Assembly (NCBI RefSeq): GCF_018977255.1
Contig: NW_024705600.1
Location: forward strand, 1 to 32,346
Source of the DNA: Callorhinchus milii
Lineage: Eukaryota
Length of the DNA stretch: 32,346 nt
Reading direction: 5' to 3'
Every line of letters starts with the position of its first letter. Position 1 is the stretch's first letter. Below, piece by piece: positions 21,769 through 30,889 of the stretch. The notes under the pieces are model-generated. The model saw nothing but the letters and a program-made list of their open reading frames with translations, made no database searches and was not told the DNA's origin. Position numbers and translations under genes: made by a program.

Positions 21769-22267
21769 CAGGGGTCCCCAACACCCGGGCCGCAGACCGG
21801 TACTGGTCCGTGGCCTGTTCGGAACCGGGCCGCACAACAGGAGGTGAGCGGTGGGTGAGCGAGCGAAGCTTCATCTTTATTTACAGCCACTTCCCATCGC
21901 TCGTATTACCGTCTGAGCTCCGCCTTCTGTCAGATCAGCGGCGACAGATTCTCATTGGAGCGAGGGATCTAGGTTGTGCGCTCCTCATGAGAAGTCAGAA
22001 TCCGACACTTATTTTAGTCTGCGAGTGGCCCGCCCATTTTATTTACCACTTCCGTCCGCACCTATTTCCTGCACTGCGCACTTGTCTCAGTCACAGTTTT
22101 GGTAAGCCCACAAGCTAACCCTAGCCAAAATGAGTAAAAAACAAATGTAGCTGGAGAGCTTATTTGAAAAGGGGGAAAGACCCAATGATGATCCCCCCTC
22201 CCCGGTCCGTGAAAAAATTGTCTTCCACAAAACCGGTCGCTGGTGCAAAAAAGGTTGGGGACCGCTG
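21769..22267 (+). mobile_element. hAT (Charlie-group) non-autonomous DNA transposon, MER1/Charlie3-like
   Basis: TIRs CAGGGGTCCCCAAC / GTTGGGGACCGCTG; perfect 8-bp TSD CTCTAAAC (21761-21768, 22268-22275). Terminal sequences closely resemble MER1A as I recall it. Confidence 0.85.
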
Positions 22268-22425
22268 CTCTAAACAACTCACCCTCCAAACCCCTAACCA
22301 TCTAAACCCCTATATTTCTCTAAAACCCTAACCCTCTAATACCATAATAAAGGTTTGTTGGGTTAGATTGTGTAAATATTAATTTGTCGTTAAACCTGCC
22401 ACCATCCGACACAGCCAATTAGTAA

Positions 22426-22718
22426 CTCTTGATTTTAAGCTTTTTGACTGCAGGAATCCATACTCTTTGGTTCTTTCGGTAAAGTCACGTAGTTAGAAAT
22501 AAAATAAAACAAATCACGACGTTTCGATTGCAACACAAAGCGGTCGCCAACAGGCAAAGGAGTCAACCTCTAAAGGCAAACTGTTTATAAGGGTTTGAGG
22601 ATGGGCACAGCCCAAGTGTATCAACAGCACCAGGAGCATGGGCGGTGCACGAGTGCCAATGCAGCAACAATGCTAATGCAGCAACAATCTAACTACGTGA
22701 CTTTACCGAAAGAAAGTA
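22426..22718. mobile_element. Penelope-like truncated insertion with inverted ends
   Basis: Same pLTR-end arms in inverted orientation. 10-bp TSD CAATTAGTAA (22416-22425, 22719-22728). Degenerate hammerhead on - strand ~22515-22555. Confidence 0.7.
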
Positions 22719-22789
22719 CAATTAGTAAAGTTTGACACATGAACAAAAAGTTAGTCTCCAACACACCGGTGTGTGGGCCACATTAATCC

Positions 22790-22938
22790 AGGTACTTCAC
22801 ACACTCCACTAGGTACTCAGTTGAGGCTGAGTCGAACTAGAGGAGGCCCAAGACCAGTTCAGATAATCGTCACTGGTGTTGGCAATGAGCTGGATCGAAT
22901 TCAGTTTCTAGCACAGCAGGCTAACCGCTACACTATCG
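22790..22938 (-). mobile_element. tRNA-derived SINE (second family)
   Basis: Shares aggtactca..gctgagtcga..gataatcgtcactggtgttgg with 28900-29152; tRNA-like head on the - strand. Confidence 0.6.
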
Positions 22939-23015
22939 CTCCCCATACATACAAGACCACGACTCTAAGGAAAGAGAGGGGGATCACGAGCGGATAGACG
23001 CCCTGTGGGAAATAC

Positions 23016-23188
23016 CTCTATGCAGCGCGGGAGGTGATCTTCGTGGCTGTCGGACCGGAATAATTCCCTGCCCGTCGCCAACTCCGCTACCGTGCAGCCC
23101 AGCGCCCACATACCCACTCCACATGTCAAGCTATAGCCCAGCAACAGCTCTGGAGCCAAATATTCCAGGATCCCACCAACATTCATAG
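23016..23188 (-). CDS. DYRK4-like kinase exon, subdomains VIII-IX (MNVGGILEYLAPELLLGYSLTCGVGMWALGCTVAELATGRELF...CIE)
   Basis: AG/GT boundaries on the - strand, phase consistent with the previous exon; APE and xMWALGC motifs. Confidence 0.8.
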
Positions 23189-23269
23189 CTGCACAATAAT
23201 CACAAGAACAACAAACATATGTAAGTGTGTACACATTGTGTCCTAAACAGTATCATCATCACACACATA

Positions 23270-23442
23270 AACAGTAACATGTACAGACACTCAGATACTG
23301 ACAGACAAACACACTCAGACAGACACAGACGAATACTTCCACAGACACAGAGATACCCATACACAATGACACCTACACAGACACCTACAACACAGACACC
23401 AACACAGACACCCAAATACTCACACACAGACACTCACACACC
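23270..23442. repeat. (AC/ACAG)n-rich intronic low-complexity tract
   Basis: Direct inspection. Confidence 0.7.
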
Positions 23443-23459
23443 AAGGTGAGGTCACTCAC

Positions 23460-23541
23460 GTTGACTTTCCACAAAAAAGCTTGTCCCAAAGTCCGTGACC
23501 CTCACAGTGCCAGTCACGGTGTCTTTGACTAAAACATTTTC
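23460..23541 (-). CDS. DYRK4-like kinase exon, subdomains VIb-VII (ENVLVKDTVTGTVRVTDFGTSFFVESQ)
   Basis: ctccag acceptor, gtgagt donor; 82 nt; DFG motif. Confidence 0.85.
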
Positions 23542-24326
23542 CTGGAGGAGCGGTAGAATGAATTCAAACTCAGAGGTTATGCCGATATCATTCAGCCAAC
23601 AGTGGATCAATCACGTACCACGACACCTGCTAAACAGGGGAAGTAGATGAGCATAGCGCTGTCAACAAGCTTCAGTCAAGTGCAATATGCGCTGTTTTCT
23701 GACAGGTGTCACTGGGGGGTGCCCCTTTCAAATGCGTCAAGATTGTAGATGTGAGTAGAGGCGTGTCACGTTCAAAGCACTCTCAGGCACCATCAAAGTG
23801 AAGGGGGGTGGCTCTATTGACAACCGATTGCCGTTGCTCCAACAGGAGAGCTGCATGGAGCTCACAGCTGGATGAGTGCCCGTTAACGAGTTACAGACAA
23901 AAAGCCACGCACGAGAGTGCACGGATTCTGTGACGCTTTCCACTGCACCTTTGTCTTAGGCCTTTTATCAATTTGCAAATTGGAATTCGATAACGAGCAG
24001 TTGTCAGGCCAAAACGTGCATTTCGCACGTTTTGAAAATTGTTCTTTTTGACTCCGTTTCGTGTCTCCCAGGGTTTGGGCAACGCTGATCAACGTTGCCG
24101 GTTTTCTCCCTGGTGAGTCCCCAAGAGCGACACGACTCTACACTATAGTTTAATTCATACCAGATCACATTCACCAGAGGAGCATGGCCCTGCCTCCTTC
24201 CAGTGAGATGGGCAGAGCTAACGTTTCGACCCTGTGACCAACATGGCCGGTTTTTTCTGTGGAACGAGTCCCCAATAAAGATACACCTCTGCACGAAAGT
24301 GAAAGCTGAACGCTGTGTCCACTCAC

Positions 24327-24465
24327 CGGCTTGATGTCCGCGTGGACGATTTTCCTGGAATTGATGTGGCGCAAGAACTTCAGGATGCCCCTGGTGTAGG
24401 TTTTCACCATCGCCATGTCCAACCGCCGGAGCCCCACATTTCTAATCACTTCATGAAGGCTCTCC
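24327..24465 (-). CDS. DYRK4-like kinase exon, subdomains V-VIb (ESLHEVIRNVG...KIVHADIKP)
   Basis: cacag acceptor, gtgagt donor; 139 nt; catalytic-loop HADIKP|EN split at the intron. Confidence 0.85.
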
Positions 24466-24544
24466 CTGTGAGAGAGGCAGAAGCAGCAACAAAAACACGG
24501 CATCAGTACCATCCCCTACAATGCTGCACTGATTCTGATAATCA

Positions 24545-24885
24545 TTCTTAGGTTATTTCGGTAAAGTCACGTAGAAAAAAATGTAATTAAATAATAGAAT
24601 ACAACTTTTCGATTGCAACACAAGCAACCGTCATCAGGTAGAACTTCATTTTAGAGAGAGACAAACACAGACACGGAGACACAGACAGACACACACGCAG
24701 AGAGAGACAACACAGACACACAGAGAACCAATACCTCTGTGTCGAGGCCTTAATCTACCTGATGACGGTTGCTTGTGTTGCAATCGAAACGTCGTCTTCT
24801 ATTATTTTATTTATTTTCTTTCTACATGACTTTATCGAAAGAACCAAAGAGTAATTCCTGCAGTCACGAAAGCTTAAAATCAATT
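24545..24885. mobile_element. Penelope-like truncated insertion with inverted ends and two oppositely oriented hammerhead motifs
   Basis: Inverted arms; candidate 7-bp TSD ATAATCA (24538-24544, 24886-24892). CTGATGA-CGGTTGC..GCAATC-GAAAC-GTC at 24759-24793 with a mirror copy at ~24601-24640. Confidence 0.7.
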
Positions 24886-25273
24886 ATAATCACGTTAATA
24901 TTGTACGTTCATGTGCACGTTCATGACCAATATTAAGAGTCATAGTTCCGTGTGGGTTGAGGTCGTCGATTTGCCGATAAACAAAATCAGTTGGCATATC
25001 TGCCCACTTGGCAACTTGATTTCATTGGCTTTGTTGCCGGGTGGTGGAGGGTTATCCATTGGGAGAAGATAAAAACTACACACAAAAAAGGATTCTCGCT
25101 GAGAGGCACAAGCATCACCACTGCCATGCAGCCACCCTGCTGATTGAGTGGAGGCATGGCTAGGTAAAAGTGGCAGGGCTAATGGGGAAAAGAGAAGTGG
25201 CCTCCAACGCACCCGTGACACATGGCAGCTTCACAGTATTACAATGCATGGGTGGCGTGGGCATCTCAGCTTG

Positions 25274-25480
25274 CCGCGGTGGCGAGATGACGTCTCTCAT
25301 GGAGGAGGTCGTAGGTTTGATCTCGACCGTGACGCCTGTACAATTGGAGTTTGCATGTTCTCCTCGTGGGCTCATGGATTTTTATGTGGGTCCACTGGTT
25401 TTCCCCTCCACATTTAGAACGAACATGCTAATTTGTTAAGCTTTCATTTGTGGCCAGGTTACTTCTAAAAAATAACGAAA
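25274..25480 (+). mobile_element. V-SINE-like element
   Basis: Homologous to 2150-2420; tggagtttgcatgttctcctcgtg core. Confidence 0.7.
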
Positions 25481-25550
25481 GTTTGTTCAGTTAGTTAACC
25501 ACATTATTGGTGGAGGGGGGCGGGGGCAGGGGGCGGCACGCAGTACATAC

Positions 25551-25697
25551 TTCAACAGCTCCAGGACGATACAGTGGTGTCCTCTGAAATAAAATCTGTT
25601 CAGGACTTTGATGACGTTGAAATATTCATCACTGCCCTCGCCCTGAAGTTCCAGAGCTATCTGGAGCTCCATCTTCTGGTATGTTTCTTGCTTGGAG
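25551..25697 (-). CDS. DYRK4-like kinase exon, subdomains III-V (SKQETYQKMELQIALELQ...NVIKVLNRFYFRGHHCIVLELL)
   Basis: gtgcag acceptor, gtatgt donor; 147 nt; FYFRxHxCIxxELL is DYRK-typical. Confidence 0.85.
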
Positions 25698-26419
25698 CTG
25701 CACAGAGGAAGTACACAAATGAAAACCTACACTTGCTTAAGGGATATCCAAAGCCAAATTCTATTCAGAATAAAATAATTAAATATGAATTCACCAGGTC
25801 TAACGGCACCATGAGTTCCAGTAGTACACTCGCCTACCATTGGTGAGGAGCTACCACAGAGGCAGCAGGAGCCGACGTAGAGTACCCAATAGGATTTGGA
25901 AGTGAAGAGCCATTCAAATCGGATTGGTCATTTGAGAAATCGAAATGCAAACGCATGTTAACACAATGCGTTTTCGCTTCAATGTGGCTCTTGCACAACG
26001 CGGAATGTGCCCGTAATAACACAAACGCGCCCATTGCAACACGGAATGCTTCTTGTTTTCAAATGAAACGCACTCGTTATAACGTGGAACATGCCTGTTA
26101 AAGCGCGGAACCCGCCCGTTATAACACGATTTGTGAGTAGTCGACAATTTCTTGAGCTGCAATGATACATTACTCGCAATGATAAAGTAACATGAGGGCA
26201 TACCCTCAGTTATTGGTCTCGTCATCTCAAGGTGTATGTGTGCATTGTATATCGCCAAACATTATTATTACATTATTTCTGGGGAAATTGTTTTCACTCA
26301 ATACTTTTTTGCTGGACGCGGAACTTTTCCGGAATGTATCTACAGCATTAAATGAGGAATTACCGTAATGTGCAGGTAATCTTTCAGCAATGGGATGTTT
26401 TGCCCCAATACTAATTTAC

Positions 26420-26595
26420 ACTGTGTGTGTGTGTGTATTTTAAGCTTGAGGGAGGAAAAATCTGAGAACCCAGAAGGAACTGATGCAGAACAGGGGTAGA
26501 ACATGTAAACTCCATACAGGAGGGCACCCGAATCAGGAGTCAAACCCAGGCCCCCCTTCTCGCTTTGAGGCACGAGTGCCACCACTGCATCGCAC
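26420..26595 (-). mobile_element. V-SINE-like element
   Basis: gggaggaaaa..gagaaccc..agaacatgtaaactccataca plus a tRNA-like head on the - strand. Confidence 0.6.
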
Positions 26596-26654
26596 GGCCG
26601 CCTGTGGCAATGAACTTAACGTCGGCCTGGTTACGGCATGGCTCTGAGTCTTAC

Positions 26655-26791
26655 CTCAATGGTGACACCAGGATCTTAATGGCCACCAGGGTGTTCCTTT
26701 TGTGATCAAGGCACTGGATCACCTGGCCTTGACCTCCTTCTCCAATCTTCTTTAGCACCTCATAGCGGTAGTGAAGGTGCTCATGCCGGAA
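26655..26791 (-). CDS. DYRK4-like kinase exon, subdomains I-II (FRHEHLHYRYEVLKKIGEGGQGQVIQCLDHKRNTLVAIKIL)
   Basis: gtgcag acceptor, gtaag donor; 137 nt. HxxYRYEVL, GxGxxG, CLDHK and VAIK match class-II DYRKs; intron positions match DYRK4 as I recall them. Confidence 0.85.
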
Positions 26792-26854
26792 CTGCACAAA
26801 AGGTACAATCATTTAAAGTGATTAAAATAACAAAGTTTAAGAAGTGAGAATGTA

Positions 26855-27849
26855 TATTCTTTAGGTCTTTAGGTAAAGTCACGTAGATAGGTTCAAAGAA
26901 AATAACAAAAAAAATCAAAGGGCTGCCAGGTGAAAATTAGCAATGCTACAAGGCGCATTTCCCCCCCCCCTCCAACCCAGCTTAAATAGACGCTCCAAGC
27001 GTGGTGGTGTTTCATTTAGACGCTGTCGCCTCGACAGACCTGGTCTTCACCTGAGGATGGCTGCTTGTGTTGTGGCCGAAACGTTGTGAGAATTATTTTA
27101 TGTTTTATTTTTATTATTTTATTACTTCCCTTCTACGTGACTTTACCGAAAAAAACAAGAAGAAGATGTTAATGAGAGATTAGCATGTTAATGAGAGATC
27201 GCAGAGCCGCAACCGAGGGTCGGCATGTGAAGTGGCTGTGTTCCTGTGAATCCTGTGAAAGCGCAAGTTTGAATTGGGCATAAAGCACAAAATAACATCC
27301 GAAGGTGGTAGGATGGGAACATAATAGCCAGTTATGACTTAAACTGGTTGATGACATCCTTCCAATGATTGATCGGTTGAAATTGTGTCTGTGTATGTAT
27401 AAATGAATGTCTTCATGAACGAATCTTTGTTGATAGCCAGTGGGCTTGTAAAGTACCTTCGTCTTGGAGAAATACATTTCGTGTGAGCCCACCGTAATTA
27501 AACAATGATCAGCCACGGCTGAGGTATTGGTCCTACCGTGTTTCAGATCCTACCAAGTTTCAGATCTGCCTTATGTTCACAAACATAAGGCAGATCTGAA
27601 ACCGTCAGGTTGGCTGCCCACCACTTGCATTCATATTGGCTGCTGACATTTGGGCTACGCCCATTTCAAACCCTTATAAACAGTTTGCCTTTGGAAGCCA
27701 AGCCCCCTTTTCCTGAAGACGACCAATTGTTTTGTGATCGAAACGTCGTAATTTTTGTTGTTATTTTATTTGAACCTATCTACGTGACTTTACCGAAAGA
27801 CCCAAAGAATGTGAATTCCCGCAGTCACGAAAGCTTTAAGTCAAGATTT
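26855..27849 (-). mobile_element. 5'-truncated Penelope-like element with inverted pLTR and GIY-YIG C-terminal remnant
   Basis: 13-bp TSD AAGTGAGAATGTA (26842-26854, 27850-27862); inverted pLTR ends. The - strand at ~27310-27540 encodes SAVADHC..HEMYFSKTKVL..RFVHEDI..NFNR..LSHNW, typical of the PLE endonuclease C-terminus. Confidence 0.8.
27046..27090 (+). ncRNA. Minimal type-I hammerhead ribozyme motif (PLE-associated)
   Basis: Stem I TTCAC/GTGAG, core CTGAGGA, stem II GGCTGC/GTGGCC, GAAAC, cleavage triplet GTT; loopless stem III of the dimer-forming type. Confidence 0.65.
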
Positions 27850-28242
27850 AAGTGAGAATGTAATTTTCTAAAATATTTTCTGTAATTATTACGTTTTTTT
27901 TATCTGTCATTGTGGAATGTTCTGATGTCTGCTGGCTCAAGTCACCGTAAAAAATACTATCTTCTTAGCTCAATGGGCTTTCCTCGTGAAGGATGCGATT
28001 TACACCGCTGATATCAGTCTTCTGCAAGTCCCTTCAGCTCCACATCCTCCCATACAGCATCAGTCCATATTTTCGACATCCCATGTCGTGCCGTTTAGCC
28101 CCCTTTATGCGGCCAAAAAAACTGCTTGGGTATGCGGGCTACAAGACCCAGCCAACGCAGCCTTGCCTGCCGGAGGAGCTTTCAAGCATTTGTGAGCCCC
28201 TCACACAATCCAGCTAGGTTAAACCCAGGATGGATCGTAGGA

Positions 28243-28862
28243 ACCACCACCAACACCACCACCAACACCAGCAAGACTAACACCACCACCAACAACACCC
28301 CAACACCACCAACAAGAATATCACCACCATCAACACCATCACCAAAACCATCACCACCAACACCACCCGCATCAACACCACCTCATTCAACACCACCCCC
28401 ATCAACACCACAACCAACACCATCCCCATCAACACCTACAACACCATCACCATCAACACCACCACCAACACTACTAACACCACCTCCATCAATACCACTA
28501 CCAACACATCCTCTTTGGTCTTTTCGGTAAAGTCAAGAAGGTAGAAAACAAAATAAAATTAATAAATAAACACAACTAATTGTTTACATTTATTATATTT
28601 AGTTTTTTACCTACGTGACTTTACAGAAAAAAACCAAAGAGTATGAATCCTTGCAGTCACCAAAACTTCAAATCTAGAACCACCAACACAACCACCACCA
28701 ACAACACAACAATCAACACCACCAACACCATCAACACAACCACCGCCAGCAACACAACAATCAACACCACGAACAACACCACCACCAACACAACCACCAC
28801 CAACAACACAACAATCAACACCACAACCAACACCATCAACACCACCAACACCACCACTAACA
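28243..28862. repeat. (ACC/AAC)n low-complexity tract interrupted by a PLE insertion
   Basis: Direct inspection; source of the Thr/Pro- and Val-rich ORFs. Confidence 0.85.
28509..28681. mobile_element. Very short Penelope-like inverted-end insertion
   Basis: ctctttggtcttttcggtaaagtca / ctacgtgactttacagaaaaaaaccaaagag..gcagtcac arms. Possible TSD ACCAACACA lies in low-complexity sequence and is weak. Confidence 0.6.
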
Positions 28863-28899
28863 CAAAAGAAAAAAATCTCCCTTATAGCTGAAATAGACT

Positions 28900-29152
28900 G
28901 TTGGGGCAAGTGATGTTAGCCAGCATCACCTATGAGGGCCAGAACGGCACACGAGGGCGTGAGCAGCCAACACCACGCCCGGCGGCCTTTGTCTCCCTAG
29001 TGGCGATGTTTACACACCAGGTACTCATTTGAAGCTGAGTCGACCTAGAGGAGGCCCAGGACCGGTTCATATAATCGTCACTGGTGTTGGCCTTGAGCGG
29101 GAGTCCAACTCGGGGACACTGGGTTCATAGCGCGGCACCTTAACCACTACAC
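28900..29152 (-). mobile_element. tRNA-derived SINE (same family as 22790-22938)
   Basis: The - strand begins gtgtagtggttaaggtg.. with a B-box-like gagttggactccc, then gtcgactcagcttcaaatgagtacctg. Confidence 0.65.
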
Positions 29153-30029
29153 ACACACAGACTCACACACACACGGACACAAACATACGGACTCACACCA
29201 CGCACACAGACTCAGGCACACAGACTCGCACCACACACACCACCCACCCACAGCTCGGATCCACTCTTCACCTTCGCCAGTCTCTTCCCGCCTCTCTAAC
29301 GGACAAACTGCCCAGCGAAAGTGCGTGGCGCGAGACGAGGGGGCGGTACCAGGTGACCACGCCCGCTGAGACGTAACAGCCCTGAGCTCCTCCCCCCACC
29401 GGAGCTCCTCCCCCCCAAGCCCACCCCCTCACCCCCTCGCCTCGCCCCTCCCACCCGCCCCTCCCCCCGCCGAGGCCGGGGCGAGTGGAGGCGGCGCTGT
29501 GGATTGTGGGAGGCGAGCGGCCGATTTGGATTTCCGTTCACGGCCACCGTCGGTGGCTCGCGAGCTTCTGAAGCGGCGGCTCGCTGGCTGGGCCTCCTCT
29601 ACGTCGACTCAGCCCGAAGAAGGTGAGAACCTTGCACGGTGTGGACACATCAGCAGTAGCGGTGGTGCGGGGAGGGGCAGAGGAGGCGCCTGCTGAGTTC
29701 ACGGCCCTGCTGCTGCTGATGATGAGAGGCACTGCCAGATTGTGGCTGATGGGATGAGTTACATTTCGTTTTTTGTATCTCTGGAGGGACGGATTTGTTA
29801 TCGTGACAGAAATGGCCTCCACTAGAGGCCGCGATGTAGAGTATTCGGTCTACTCTTCCACGCTGGGCGTACCAACACTTTAACCCGTTCCACACGCGGG
29901 GCGTGAGCTCACTGTACTTGCAATGCAGAGGTGTAGGTTCGAATCCATTTCACACTCAGCCAGCCACTCACCCACAGAGGGATAACGACCCTTCATGCAG
30001 TGGTTGTGTAGTATCTCCGTCAATGTTTT

Positions 30030-30885
30030 TGTTGTTTGGTTATGGTGGTTATGGTGGTTGTGGTTATAATCGTGACTTTAGTTTTGGTTGTGTCGAGTCT
30101 TGCTTCGTGATTACAGACTCAGACGGAGACCAGGGTAGAATGTTCAGGGCTGCTTGCCGTTTATTCACACCGACATCCGCACTCCTCTTCTGTCTCAAGT
30201 ACCCCCTACTCCCTGACTCTCGCTCTCTTTCTCCTGACTCCCTCGACCTTCGCCCGCGCTACCCCGTACTCATCCACCCGTAGCCTCCTTTGTCTCTCCG
30301 GCCCAGGAGCCTTTCTCCCTGCTACCTGGCTCCTCTCTCTCTGACTCCACTTCCTCACTCTCCCCTTCCGTCTAGGTTCCCCTTTTATCCCCTTAGCCCG
30401 GCTCCTCCCTTTTACCTGAGGGTCTTTCTACTTGCCCTCCTCTCTCTCTGCCTTCTGGCACTCCCCTTTCTGCTTGGACCCCTTCCCGCGGTTGCCCCTC
30501 GTTGGGTCCCCGCAGTACTCCTCTACAGTTGTTTAGGTGGTTGTAGTGGTGGTGGAGGTTACGCTTGTGGTGTAGGTGGTTATGTTGGTTGTTATGGTAA
30601 TTGTGGCTCTAGTTGTGGTGCTTGTGGTGGTTTTGGTTGTGGTTATAATTGTGGTTGTGTAGGTTGTGGTTATATGTGCGGTTGTGGTGCTTGTGGTTAT
30701 ATTTGTTATAATTGTGTAGGTGGTGGTTGTAATGGTCATAGTTGTGGCCACACATACGCACAGTAGGTGTATGTATTTTGAACTTCTATCGCACCCTACC
30801 CAGCCAACCGTGCTAATTGGAGGTGTGGTTATAGTTGTGGTTATTTTATGGTTGTTTCGGTTATAGTTGTGGTGATTGTGGTTTG
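30030..30885. repeat. (GGT/GTT/TGT)n low-complexity tract, split by a solo LTR
   Basis: Direct inspection; source of the Cys/Gly- and Thr-rich ORFs. Confidence 0.75.
30091..30527 (-). mobile_element. Solo LTR (437 bp), unrelated to the large LTRs
   Basis: TGTCGAG...CTCTACA inverted termini (6/7), 4-bp TSD GTTG (30087-30090, 30528-30531), - strand TATA-like ATAAAA (30383-30388) and AATAAA (30160-30165). Confidence 0.75.
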
Positions 30886-30889
30886 CGCA

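Noticed and set aside
21717..22340. CCCTAA-like motifs next to the end of LTR3 (possible interstitial telomere or healing site)
   Set aside because: Degenerate ~16-bp unit with only isolated CCCTAA hexamers; best treated as a simple repeat that was the hAT target.
27946..28190. Possible further upstream kinase exon on the - strand (donor-like GTGAC near 27945)
   Set aside because: Stops in all three frames and no recognisable DYRK-homology box.
28126..28909. Mucin-like Thr/Pro-rich and Val-rich ORFs
   Set aside because: Translations of an (ACC/AAC)n simple repeat that is interrupted by a PLE insertion.
29895..29990. tRNA-like B box GGTTCGAATCC (also at ~2203)
   Set aside because: No cloverleaf could be built; consistent with SINE heads, not tRNA genes.
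30290..30766. Cys/Gly-rich, keratin-associated-like ORF
   Set aside because: Chimera of a solo LTR and a (GGT/TGT)n tract.
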